DNA of 64,000 nt, from assembly GCA_047495785.1 (NCBI GenBank), contig JBLDXI010000029.1, positions 3,038,001 to 3,102,000 on the forward strand, read 5' to 3'. The translations under genes were made by a program, and so were the position numbers. The stretch comes from Lepidodermella squamata (Eukaryota; Animalia; Gastrotricha). Shown piece by piece: positions 41,450 to 54,142 of this stretch. How positions within the stretch are numbered: position 1 is the stretch's first letter; each line of letters begins with the position of its first letter. Under the pieces are notes generated by a model, which saw only the letters and a program-made list of their open reading frames with translations, had not been told where the DNA came from and did not search any database.

Positions 41450-42019
41450 CTCCTAGCAGCTAGAACAAATGAAAATGAAGACGGTTCTATATGTATAAGT
41501 GTTAGTAGGTAGGCAATGTTTCTCTCTGAAAATTATGGTTACGGGAAGGTAGGAGAGGGTAGTGCGGGGGAAGGCTGCTTTCCAACATGCGTCACTGATA
41601 CGGAAATTTGTCGCTCGTCATAAGGCGATTTTTTCGCTACCCATCTATGAGGTGTTTATTATTCATCTTACGAAAAGAACAAGGGGGAAAGTTCGAATTA
41701 TTCCATTTATCTGATTCTGAGGAAATTCTGAGGAGTTGAAAAAGCCAAAATGATAACAATGCACTTATCTTAGGCTCAGAACATGTGTTATTCTAAAAAT
41801 GACTAAGCCAGTGCCAGTGCATGTTGCATAAGCTGGAAAAGATTCTTATCGTTTCACTTGTCTGCCACTAAATTCTGTCGCTCTCCAACCTTATGTTATC
41901 AAAATAACATTGGATAACGGTAAAATGCGTTGGTCTTCGTCACTCGGCGAAAGGAACGGCATTATAAACCCCCTTCTGCCAACTATAAAAATAAAGTTTC
42001 ATTAACGCTTGGAACAAAA

Positions 42020-42748
42020 AGTTCGGGTCATTTTACTTGCTGGGACACATCTAGTTGGGACCTTGCGTAAAACAGAAACGGCAACCCTCAGGAACTCTTG
42101 CAGCGACGCATCGAGCGTGGCAATCTGGCTGCTGCGACCGATGATCTCGGAACTTTTATGATTTTTCGGTTCTTTGATCGACGGGAAGTCATGCTTCTCT
42201 CAAACTTCCACCAAAATAAAAAATCCTTGGACCATTCGAAGCGTACAGGGCATCCCAGATTACTTCCACAAGCGTTGATTAACCACAATCTCTGCAAATG
42301 CGGCATCGATAAACAAGACCAGATGGCTTCTTACCACTCGCCATTGCGGAAGTCGCGACGGTGGGAATTCAAAGTTGCCGTAGAACTGCTGCTGAACAGC
42401 GCTGTGGTCAACACATGGTGTCTTTTGCGAAAAATGCCAGGTACAATGGATATCAGAGATGTGAGAAAGCAGATCATCGAAGGGATAACTCGGCCCTAGT
42501 ATCAATACCATTTATTCAAAAACCCAGCGTTGCGTGTCTCAAATGCTCAGCCAGGCTAATTTTTCTTGCTCTTGACATTTCCTTGGGGATTTCGAATAAA
42601 AATAACGGTATTGTATGTAGTAACGGTGAATTTCAACGGCACAAAATTCCGGTAGAAAATAACAAAACTTAGTGTCAATACGAAATACCGTTACTAAGTT
42701 ACGACCGCAACGGTACTTTTGCCGTAATTTGGGCAGTTAAAGTGTTAA
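42020..42748 (+). mobile_element. piggyBac transposase fragment with right terminus
   Basis: VGTLR...DRREVMLLSNFH...HNLCKCGIDKQDQMASYHSPLRKSRRWEFKVAVELLLNSAVVNTW matches the piggyBac DDD-core C-terminal part. The element ends ...gggcagttaaagtg followed by TTAA (42745-42748). Confidence 0.8.
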
Positions 42749-42762
42749 AACAATTGAAGGAT

Positions 42763-42918
42763 CAGTGCTCCGAGTACGGGGGGGAAGGGGGGTAAACAAA
42801 CCCCCCTGGCCTTCGAAAATTTCTGAAAAACGTAAGGGTCCCCCCTGTTGATTTGCTAATTTTGGGCTCAAAATGGCTCTATTTACCCCCCTCAGAGCTG
42901 GACCTAGTCGGATCACTG
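42763..42918. mobile_element. 156-bp hAT-type MITE
   Basis: TIRs cagtgctccgagta / tagtcggatcactg and a perfect 8-bp TSD tgaaggat (42755-42762, 42919-42926). A related-looking left end occurs near 58274. Confidence 0.8.
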
Positions 42919-43629
42919 TGAAGGATTGTTATGTTCAACGTAGCAGCTGTTTCACGAGACGCCAAGCTCAAATTTTGGCGTTGACAGAAAAAACCTGAAA
43001 AAACGATGGCCTTGCGACTAAGGCGAAATTGGAGACTATCCAAAAATTCTGGAAACAAAAGCAATCAAAGCCTATTTGCAGGATTTCATCGAAGTTATGA
43101 CTATCAGATAATCACCGTGTCGATGCCAGGGCTGATTCAATGAGCCGAGAACTTTGCCAAATCGGAGGTAAACATCGTGAAAAAAGTGCGTTATTTCGCA
43201 AAATACAAATTTCAAGACGTTCAAATTCAAGCAAGTTTAAAACAAACTTTCCGTGAAATAAGCTTTATTTTTACAACGTCTAAACACTGATAGTCGAATT
43301 TCTGCTATTTTTACGATTTTTTTTTAAATTTCCAGCATCAACAACTCGAATAAAATAGCAGGCAGCATAAAATAGCGGGGAAGCCGCTCGTTTTCTAAAA
43401 TTTTCGAAAAATTTCAATGCCTGCCTATGATTCCGAAAAATCACATCAAATCAATAGTGATAAAGCTGCTCGGATCCAACAAATTGTGACCAATGAACTC
43501 TTGCAACACATCAATTCTGAGAAATACGCCAAATAAGAACGATAAAACACTGAAACAATTCTGAAAATTTTAAACATTTATTGAGCGATCGCGGCAATTC
43601 CAATACAGAATCTTCATTCCATTGCAGAG

Positions 43630-46023
43630 TTATCTAGCATTCGCTTTCATCAGAATTTCAATTGTTTTCTGCTGGTCCCCGGCTGTAGCAAGAAAAAAGC
43701 AGTTATTAGCGTAATGCAGAGCAGTTCGTCCTTCATTGCAAGCCGTGTTGACATTTGCTCGAAACTCATTGATCAGCGTATCCACTACTGCGTGTTTGCC
43801 GCGATTTGCTGCGTATATTAATGGTGTCCAGCCACTGTTATTGGTAGCCTTGATATTGGCGTTGAACTGGCCAGCCAGTGTCTTCACCACTTCGACGTAG
43901 CCGAGCCGGGCGGCCTTGTGCAAAGGTGTATCCCCATCTTCATCTGTAGCCTCGACATTGGCGTTGAACTGGCCAGCCAGTGTCTTCACCACATTGACGT
44001 GGCCATTCCAGGCGGCACTGTGCAAAGGTGTATCGCCATTTTTATCTGTAGCCTCGACATTGGCCTTGAACTGGCCAGCCAGTGTCTTCACCACATCGAC
44101 GTGGCCATTCCGGGCGGCACTGTGCAAAGGTGTATCGCCATTTTTATCTGTAGCCTCGACATTGGCCTTGAACTGGCCAGCCAGTGTCTTCACCACATCG
44201 ACGTGGCCATTCCGGGCGGCACTGTGCAAAGGTGTATCGCCATTTTTATCTGTAGCCTCGACATTGGCCTTGAACTGGCCAGCCAGTGTCTTCGCCGCAT
44301 CGACGTTGCCATTCCGGGCGGCCTTGTGCAAAGGTGTATTGCCATATTTATCTTTAGTCTCGACATTGGCGTTGAATTGCTCGAGAAGGATCTCCACAAT
44401 GTCATTGTAGCCCTTCATTGCAGCAATACACAGCAAAGGACACCCATCTGTGTCTTTGCAGTCAGAGCTGAGACCGAGCATTTCATCCTCCAATAGCTTT
44501 CTTAATATCAACTTATCGTTGTTATTGACGCAGCCAAACAACTCCTGACAAATATAATCACAATAAACTCATCGACCTTCCCTAAAATTCAATACCTCAA
44601 CAGCCTTTGAATCTGGCTGTGGCGTTGCGGTTGTCCGCGGCAAGTCCGCCTGAAAACAGAAGAGGAAACCAAACTCACGCTGATCTCTGGCTAAAAATCT
44701 CACCGTTGCGTTCAGTAGAGAGCTATTTACGAGCTGATCAGTGCTCGATCGAACCTCGGCGTTTCTCGTGAGCATGGCCATTACAAAGTCCCGGATATAT
44801 TTTGAATAACCACGCGACTCTTCGAACTCTTGAGCTTCTTCTCTAAACAAAGCATAATAATCGAGATTGAATCGGAGTAGTTTCGGATTGAATCCTGCTG
44901 GTTTTTGGTTTTTGGTCTGTCTTGCCTCCGGACCTCTCGAGATGGGCCCCCACTATGGGGATGCTGTAACCCCCGTTCCCCTACCCCTCCTCCGCACACT
45001 GCCCGTATGCAAATATGTGAAGTAGTTAATCTGACTTACGTCTGGATAGATTGCATTGATCGGAACTATATGTAATAAATTAGACTTAAATTTCAACGTT
45101 AAATCATTGACATACCGGTCTTTTGTAGTTCGCGAGTTCGTATAGCGTAACACCCAGCGACCAGACATCACCAGCACGAGTCAAAGGTCTACTGCCATTT
45201 CCGTTCCATACTTCAGGAGGCAAATAGCCATGCATTCCATGCAGTAGAGATATCGTTCTTGATTTTCTGAAAATAAAGTTTGAAATATATGTAAAAACCT
45301 GAACTACTGATGGCTTTACGTGTCAAAGGCTTCCATTATTCCTAACTCCGCCAGTTTCACCGTGCCTTGATTCTTCGATAGTAGGATGTTGCTTGGCTTA
45401 ATGCTGCCATGGACAATGTCTTGCTTGTATAGATAATCCAAAGCCGAGACGAGCTGGCGAGACCAACTTCGAAGCATAAATTCGCGAATCGGTTCACCCT
45501 CAGCTTTGATCAGAGTTTCGAAACTTCCGCCTCTGCAAAACTCCATCACCAGGTGGTTAAAACAAGCAACGTCACTACCCGGATATTTTTCTAAATTAAA
45601 TGTTAAGGATTAATTTTACGTGACAGCATTACATACGAACCTTCGAACGTTCCAAATACTCGGACAATGTTTGGGTGGCTAATTTTTACCATTTTCAAAT
45701 TCTGAAAACAAGATAAAAAGACGTTATGACATCCAATAATCAGCAAAACAGGATTTCTGATTTTCATTTCAAATGTTCTCAATGGCTATTACGAAAATGG
45801 ATCGATTCATTACTTTTTCGCGAAGAAGTCGGCTAATTGTTTCAAAGTCTTCCTTGAATTTCGCCTGCAGCTTGCTCAGATTAGCTTTTTTAATGACGAA
45901 GTCATAAGGATAGCGCTCATTGCGTCTGCATGAATATGCGTTTCTGAGGAGTTTCTCGCTACGTAACAAAGGCTTAACGTCCGTGAAGTCGGCTATTGAT
46001 TGGAACGAGTAGGGCGATGCCAT
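43630..46023 (-). CDS. Pseudokinase-ankyrin repeat fusion protein, copy C (apparently intact, multi-exon)
   Basis: ATG 46023. Motifs FVIKK, HPNIV, HGSIKPSN, KLAELG, YLPPE, GDVWSLG. Terminal exon has 8 ankyrin repeats (5 internal), three of them near-identical 102-nt units. Confidence 0.8.
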
Positions 46024-47129
46024 CTCCAAGCAGCTAGAACAATTTCTCAAAAAGAAGAGGCGCGATAATGCTGGTTTTATGTAAGTGATTGTAGGTAGAC
46101 AATATAAATAGCAATGTTTCTTGCGGTTATAGTTACGATTTACGATGATAAGAAGCTAACGCGGGCTAAGGTTTTGATTCAAATATGATTTTCAAATGAA
46201 GGTTTCTAGAAAACATTTGTCGCTTGTCATCAGGCGGATAAGACTGTTTTGTTATCCTTGCGAAATAGAAAACAAGGGCTGAAAAGTGAGAACTAATAAT
46301 TCATCTTTCGTAATTCTTCCGGTTATTCTGAGGAGTATTTTGCGAACTTTGACTTAGACTTGTAAAGCGAAATCTCCATTTCAGCTCGAAATTGAGTTGA
46401 AAAAAGCAAAAATGACAGAAATGCGCTTATCTTAGGCTTAGTCAGTGCCATTTATTTTGTTTTAGTTTGCGACTAGAAAATTTATTCGACAGATTTTCTT
46501 GGCCGTGACGCAATTAAGAAAGGGTCGTTTTAGTCGCCTTTCGCCCTGCAATAGTAAATGGTCAAAGTAAGAAAAGGAAACTTGTAATATATCTTGCTTG
46601 ATAGGTATATGTTTTACTTAGGACACCAACTCTTTCGAGCATTGTTGGGGGTGCCGTTTCTCTTATCTGCCGCTAAATTCTGTCGCTTCCAAACCCTATG
46701 TTATCAGGATAGCAAGACACAAAACAGTGCATTGCGATGGGCTTCGTCACTCGCCGAAAGAAAAGGCATTATAAAGAAATGAAATAAGAATGAATATTGA
46801 AGTTTTATTAATGGTAGGAGAAACAATTATGGGCCTTTTAACTGCCCAAATCAACTGTAATAAAAAAGCAAATCAGCGAAAGTGTGTCTGAGGACAGTAT
46901 TCCGTTGAATGGAGCTGGAACTGAGAAAAGAAGATCCAATTCTATTATTCTATGCTTCTCTCCACTTCTGAAATTGGCCGAAGCCGATTTTCCGCATATA
47001 TTTCGTACAACAAAAAACAAGGCTTCTCTTCTTGAACGTTTTTCCGTACTTTTGAAACCTTCATTTTATTTGGCAAAATTGAAAAGCTAAAGCTTCTTTC
47101 ATAAACGGGTAAATGAGGTAAGCTCGATT

Positions 47130-47400
47130 TGCACGCATCGCTCAATAAATCTCATTCAATTTTATCAAGAAGTGCAATATGACTGTCAACAGGTGAAAAG
47201 TGGGGTTCAGGGAATTTATCATATTTTCTAGAAAATCCCAGATATAGAGTGTCGGCTTGAAAAGAAGCGATTGGCAGATTTAACAATTTGCTTAGCCAGA
47301 TTTTCTTGAAGATTGTTGATTCTTCTATTTTATGATCTCATGGACCCCATCCACCTTAAAACAAACGTGTCGCCGAAGAGTCTGTAGGTTCACATAGAGA
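47130..47400. repeat. Dispersed repeat (copies at 4570-4790 inverted, 53260-53530, 61303-62010)
   Basis: Shared aagtgcaa[ct]atgac...aacaggtgaaaagtgggg...tagagtgt.ggcttgaa...cttagccag. Confidence 0.7.
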
Positions 47401-47917
47401 CACTAGCTTGATTCCAACAGAATGTTTGAATATCTAGCGAGATTCCATACCTCAACTTATCCTGGACAACTTCGACCTCGAATAAGAAAAAAAGATTACA
47501 ATTAATTGTGTTGCGAACTGATGCAATGAAATCTTTCGAATTTTTGAGCGCGTTTTTTTCGAAATGAGCATTTGTTAATTGAAGTTGAAGCCTGTATTTC
47601 AGCAACCCTGGAGACTTTCAACTTGTTTTTGATATCGTTCGGCTCCTCGCCAATCGGTCTTAAAAGCGGCATCAACATCCCACAATGTAAACTTTTTTAC
47701 CAAGCCTGTTAACATTCGTATCAATATCAAGATCAATATCAAGAGTAAAATAGCGCTTCTTTTTGCATCATAAAAATCCACAACCGCATGCAACAACACG
47801 GAAACAACCATCCGACAGAGACAGGTCAAAAAACGTCAGCGTATTTGGCCTAAATGGTCAAGACAAAAGGAGAATTATAACCGGGACTGAGCCAAGTAGA
47901 TCACTTGTAGATCATTC

Positions 47918-49165
47918 TTAATCCAGTTGGCCACTCATTTTCAAAAATAGGAAAAGGTCGATGATAAGCAAAGAGAAAATTGAGAAGACAGTGACTGCCA
48001 AGTCGATAAGTCGAACCTTAGTTAGGCGCAACTTACCGATAGCAACTCGCTGCCGGCCCCATTTCGACTTCGCAATATTGCAAGCAATCAACGCGTAAAT
48101 TGTCATCAGAACACAATATAGCACTTTCATCGTAATCATAACGATCAAGTAAACAGTTTGAGACGTACGCGGAATCTGGCTGAAAACCAGAGCCAATAGA
48201 AACGATATTGCTATAACAACTGTGATGCAATAAGTAGGCCTATCAGGGTGTTTAGGATTCATAATCAAAGCACACATCTGTAAGATTACAGTCGCAAAAA
48301 CTGGGAGAAAAATATTGCCGACATAGTAGTTATACCTTCGTTGCAAGGAAAATGACATTGTAAGATGGCTGTACCTGCCCTTTTGGGAAATATTGGAAGC
48401 AGATGAGCCACGTATTGAATCCCAGACGTCAGTATCAGAAACGAATCTTGCTGCGCTAGCAATTGCGAAACTGGCCTCTGTTATTTTGAGAACTGAGACA
48501 CTGTCCCTAGGTTCAACCTCAATCGAACAATTAAGTTTGTCGTAGGGGAAGTTGCGGATGTCAAAGCCGTAGCAGTACGTTTTCATAGGTTTGAAAACAC
48601 GGACGTAGCCGTAAACAGGACTCTCTGATGCGGCGTAGAAAATTCGCAAATCGGGTTCGCCGGCTAAAATGTCGCCTGAATCCATGCCATTCATATGCTC
48701 AACAACAGGCCGCCACGATCTTGAAGTGTCACTTGGTACATATATCGTGGTTTCATTCGACATGCTAGGTACATCGTTCGTACTCATTGGTTTGCAACCT
48801 GAAGGCGGCATGTACCAAGTGAGCCAATAGCTCGCGAGAACTGTTAAACTGATAAAGAAAATATAGCCTTATCCGAAGCCTATTCTGACTTACCTCTGAG
48901 AAAGATCGTCAACTTCAACCAATCTGTGCATACGCACATAGATTGAGATGTTGATGGGCAGGTCGGTTAGTCGGCCTCTGTGCCCAATCTCCAGGTCGAG
49001 CTCGATCTCGCGCGCGAGAGGACACGCGCTATTGAAGAAGTAGTCGGATATTTCTTTCGTGTAGCTCCGCTTATCGATATCATCGTTTGTATTTTGCAAA
49101 AATCCAGATGGCCGCGCCACTGTGAAGTGTACAGCAAAAAGGATGATGCAAACGCTGATCGCCAT
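47918..49165 (-). CDS. Divergent Cys-loop (pentameric) ligand-gated ion channel subunit, copy 1
   Basis: ATG 49165 with signal peptide; 45-nt intron 48893-48849. Motifs LVEVDDLSQSLTV...W, WRP, Cys-loop CYGFDIRNFPYDKLNC, LQRRYNYYVGNIFLP (M1), CITVVIA (M2), QIPRTS, then M3 and M4. Confidence 0.85.
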
Positions 49166-49539
49166 TTTCAGTATGTTGCAATTTGCAGGCTCGATCTGAT
49201 GCCAACAGGTCGGATGCACCCATTCGAATTTAAGCGAATTAAATACATAATTTAAGCGTAAATGTTATTATCAACTCAGACGGGCGATTGCACCGGCGTT
49301 GCTACTAGGCACGAACAATGACGCCGGTTAAAATCGCTGCAAGAATACGCCATGATGCGTGATATCGTTTCATTAATAATGCAAATACTCGTAAACAACA
49401 AGAAAAAAAGATTTTTCCTGGAGCCATTTGCATGCCAAATATTTTTTTTAACAAAACGTGGCATAATTTATTAACCAATATGAACATTTTGCCACTGTTT
49501 TGCAGGATTGGATTGGAAAAATTGTCATCCGGAGATCCC

Positions 49540-50065
49540 AATGGGATGGGGAAAATTTAGCGAAATCAATAATTGTTTCCTAATTCAGCAGTTGGGGAAA
49601 CGTTGGGGAAGAACGGATTTCTGAGTGGTTTTTTAATGATTAAATAGTCAGTTTTTTCCTGTTTGATTTGCATCAATAATTGACAATCGCTTATTGCTTC
49701 CGGCGTAATTTTTGCCGAAGGCACAAATAGAGAATCAATAATTGTTCCCTCTCTCGGCCTTTTTTTAGGATTTTTAGGATAACCTTAGGAAGAAGCGGAT
49801 TTTTGAATAGGTTTCTATTGATTAAATAGTCAGTTTTTTTCCTGTTGGATGATCATGAATCATCAATAATTGACAATGGTCTCTGGCGGGATGTTTACCA
49901 AAGGGACTGGGGGAAAATTAGAGAAATCAATACGTTGTTCCTTAATTCGGCATGTTCGATTGGGAACAAAAGCGGATTTTGAGTGTGTTTTTAATGATTG
50001 AAATGTCCGTTTTTTCCTATTGGACGATCATCAATAATTGATAATCTGCTGGCGTGATTTTTCAC
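49540..50065. repeat. Three diverged ~180-bp tandem repeats upstream of the channel gene
   Basis: Unit ...aaatcaataattgtt.cc...cggattt...gattaaatagtcagtttt...catcaataattgac recurs three times. About two units are present upstream of copy 2 (55755-56760). Confidence 0.7.
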
Positions 50066-51039
50066 CAAACCCGCGGAATCAGTGAAGTTTCCGGTTTACA
50101 TCCCGGAGCGGCAATTTTCAAGAGCAGAATTTAATTTATGAAAGATCGTCGTGTTAGCTACTGTAAATACCGAAATATGAGGCAGGGCCGAAATAAAGGG
50201 CAGAACCTGTATCTGTTTTGTTAATTGTTCTTACTATGTGTATGATTAATTAGCAAATAGATCACTCGTGTAGCAGGCGGTATTTTTTCGAATATCTTAG
50301 CGCAAATGCTCAAAAATCCTAAAAAACGGTCAAACATTACTCGCTCAAGAATTTCTGACATTTCTCTGATGAAATTTGAGAGAGTCCACGATCTCCATTA
50401 TAATAATTGCCTTTGCACCCTCCCCAACACGGCAAGAATAGGAGCGATCTCACAGATAGCAAAAATTTGAAATAGCATCGCTTAGTTTCGAATGCAAATA
50501 AGCGAAGCTAGAGATTTGTTTTTGAAAGTTTCTCCTTCAAAGCGGATTTTTGAGCACTCTTGAACTTAAAATTAGAATTAAAAATTATATTTTACTAGGA
50601 AAAAAGGTTCAATCTGGCAGGTAACTCCCGGACATCAAACCTCCTGGGTTTGCCCGTCCCCGGCGCTACCCCAAACGTTTCTTGCGTCCCTGGCATAACT
50701 TTCAGCGCTGACGAATACCAAAATTTAATGCACCAAAAATTAATTATAAGTAAATAAAATAAAATGATTCCCCAGCGGCTATGATTCGGCCATCATGGAT
50801 CAATAAAAGAATGGAATGATGGACTCCGCCACCAATTCTGGTGATTCAACAAGACTAGGGTTGATTGTTTGAATAGACCTGTAATACGGTGTTAGAGGTG
50901 GCACAACAGAATACGAAAACAAATTATAAAAATATACTCTTGTCCGTGCGTGTTTTTACTAGAAACAAAGCTAAGCTGGCGTCAACAACTTCTTAATTTC
51001 TAATAATCTTATTTCGATAAGCCTACGCGAGCTAATGAC

Positions 51040-51300
51040 GCGAGCGTTCCTCTAGGTACTGTCCTCGGCCTATTTGTTGTTTATCCTATTTTTGATTGCT
51101 ATTGATGCCAAGTTTAATATATCGATTCCTCGCTATATTTTTTGCTGATGAGGACACAGTTTACAGACCTGTTATGACCGACGAAGATGCAAAAATAGTG
51201 CAATGTGACCTTGATAAACTTGATAGAATCCTTCTTTACCAACGGTCTCGAAATTGATTTTCGGAAATCTAGCGTTCTTTGAATCGGGGAAAAATGAAGA
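51040..51300 (+). mobile_element. LINE RT core fragment (duplicated at 57040-57260)
   Basis: [SG][VI]P[LQ]GTVLG.LLFILF...FAD[ED]...FRP, the QG and FADD-type motifs of non-LTR RT. Confidence 0.7.
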
Positions 51301-51465
51301 AAAAACATAATTTTCCTAAGAAATCTTCCAGCACGCTTCCAGCACACTTATCCAGCACTAATCCAGCACTAATCTTGTCCAGCACAGGTTACGAGCGTGA
51401 CCAGCTCCCATCCAGCACAACTATCCAGCACTTATTTTTTTGTTTACCAAGAAAATTCGGCCACA

Positions 51466-52560
51466 TCACAATTTTTTATATTTATATCTTCGGCCTAGAG
51501 CGTTCATCTTCTGTTTGAAGTAGGAAATGTCAAATTTTGGAGGGAAGCAGTTTATTGGTAGGTTGTTCCAGGTTGTGACGGTGTTTTGTAGTCTTGATAA
51601 TATTTCGGTGTCACGGCCGGTTGACTTAGGATGATGCGCGTTGACGGGCGAGCGAAGTTTTGCTCTGAAGCGATGTTGCTGCTTTGCCGAATCACGAGAT
51701 TTCGTTTGTCGCTTGGATTTGAGTTGGAAGCGGTCGCGGATTTCTTTCGTTCCTTTTCTACCGACGATGACTTTGTAAAAGTAACACATCACGCCGACGA
51801 ATCGTCTTTCGCCCAGAGACAGTAGTTTTACCCCTGTTTGGTGAGTTTAAAGCGATCTTGGGCGGACTGAAGGCGGTCTAGTGTGCTTTGCGACGCGTGG
51901 GCCGGACTCGAGTATTGCCAGGCCGTTTGTTTTGAACGCCTTTACCAGTTGCCATGGTGCTACGAATAGGCGGAGGCGAAGCGGCTGGGTCACAGCTGGG
52001 TGTTAGCGAGCGCTACCAGTTTCGTGACACATGGCTCCATAGAGAGTGCCGGGTTGAGAGTGAGGCCCAGCAGGACAGATGGGTCGCAAGTCGGTTGTTG
52101 CCATCTGGGTGTCAGTCGTACAGCAGCCTGACAGAAATGCCGCCTGGTCGGGAGATCTTGTTCCGGATCGCGGATGCAATCAGCTTCGTAGCAACCGTGC
52201 GCTCGAACATTTTTCCGTTGACCTCGCCCATGCTGACAGGACTGTAGTTTTCTTTTAGCAATTTGGACTTTTTCTTATGGATTGGGCAGACGTTGACAAT
52301 CTTGAAGAATGACGGCCAGACGCCTTCACCTTGCATTTTCTCCCCTAAGGTGAGCAGTGGTGCTGCAATCCAGTCCGCTGGCTTGCGCAGAGGTGTGGCG
52401 CCAATACCGCTTGGGCCAGGGGCTTTGCCGAGTTTGAGTGATTTCAGGCGTTTCGAAATTTCAGCTTTCTTGACGCGGATTTCCGATAAGATTTCCGTCG
52501 GCTCGTTCTTCGCACCTTGCCAGTCTCCGTTATAGGTATCGGTAGCTCCATTTTCGCTTG
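51466..52560 (-). mobile_element. Decayed, internally deleted LINE ORF2 (CR1/L2-like)
   Basis: KAPGPSGI...IAAPL...WPSFFKIVNVCPIHKK...ENYSPVS...GKMFERTV, and the C-terminal WNNLP...DISYFKQK. Confidence 0.75.
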
Positions 52561-54142
52561 GAAATGATCGGCTAGAAGTTCAGCTTTTTCCAGGAATTCT
52601 ATAGAATTCTATTCTCGAGTTCGGTTTATTTCCGATTGAAGTTGCTGCTTTTCTTGTTCTTCCACTGTTCCACTGAGAAAAAGTGAGTGCTGCAGAATAT
52701 GAATAATGTTAAAGTAAAGCTATTAGAAAAGGCGTAACTCACTCATGTTTAATTGCTATTTCCATGAATTATCTCCACTTGCGTTTTATTTCATTTTTTG
52801 CCTTTTACCTGGATGCAAGAATCAGGAATCTGCCTTTTCAATTACACCACCTGACCGGAAAAACAAAAAAATCACCGGCCCGACAAACAAGAAAATTAGC
52901 ACAAAGCAAACGTGACCAAAATTTCAAATTTAATTTTTTTAAATGATTAAATGATTAAATAAATTGACGGGAGAACATTTGACTCAGGTGTCTCGGGAGA
53001 AGCAGAAGCAGAAAATCATCTGCGAAGTTCAAAGGCAGTTGAATAACGTGAAATTTTTCATTTCACCATACTTGAATTCATGTTACCGAGCACTCATCCA
53101 GCAGACTGGAGATCCGCTTTGAATTAGCTGAAACATTTCCCCCAAAATAACTAGGTTTTTTCCGAAAAATGTTCGGTACTTATCAAAACGTCAGTTTATT
53201 CGCAAAAAATGTAAACTTTAAAGTTTTCAAAAGGGATAAAAGAGATATCCTCACGCAGCACGCAGCGCTCAATGAATCTCATCAAATATCATCGAAAAGT
53301 GCAACATGACCGCAAACAGGTGAAAAGTGGGGCTTGAAATTTACCGTAATTTCCAGAAATCACAAATAGAGTGTTGGCTTGAAAGGAGTGACTTGCGGAT
53401 TTAACCAGATTCTTAGCCAGGTTCTCCTACAGATGTTGATTCTTCTATTGTCAGACCTCATGGAGGGCAGTATCCACCTCAAAAGAATGGAATCCTTTAA
53501 TGTCGCTGAACAGCTTTTAGGTTCACCCTCACACGTTCGTTTGATTGAATCAAACGTTTCGAATGTCTAGCGAGATGTTTTTGATATCGCTGAACTCCTG
53601 GACTCAATGGGTCATAAGCCCCATCCATACTCTTGGGTATTCGGCTCAGAGCCTTGCCGTTCGGGACACATTACTCTCTATGTTACTCTATGTTAGAGAT
53701 GTTACTCTCTATGCTATAGCGCATGGCATGATAGAGGGCGTTTCCTCATCGCTTCATTATACAAACTAGCCAACCATATTCTTAGGCACCTTAATGAATT
53801 TCAAAAAACCCGGATTGATTTTCCATTTTAAGTTTTCCCATTGGAGAAGAAAAAAGTAGCGAATATCTTTAATAGTAGGTACTGTTTAAAAAAGTATGCC
53901 AAACCTCACTTTCCACTAGTTCAAGGTCATTTCAGAGATATCAATATCAAGAGTAAAATAGCGCTTCTTTTTGCATCATCAAAAAATCCACAACCACATG
54001 CAACAACATGAAAGTAACGATCCGATGTAGACAAGGCTAAAAACATCAAAACTAACTAACCCGCTGTCCGGGTTCGGATTATGTAGCATCTAATGTATTA
54101 TAACCGGGACTGAGCCAAGTGGCCTTTTGGAGATCATCATTC

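Noticed and set aside
34228-44496. Plus-strand ORFs with repeated VASTLALNWPASVF
   Set aside because: Antisense shadows of the ankyrin exons.
51325-51432. tccagcac short repeats
   Set aside because: Simple degenerate minisatellite at a LINE junction with no further structure.
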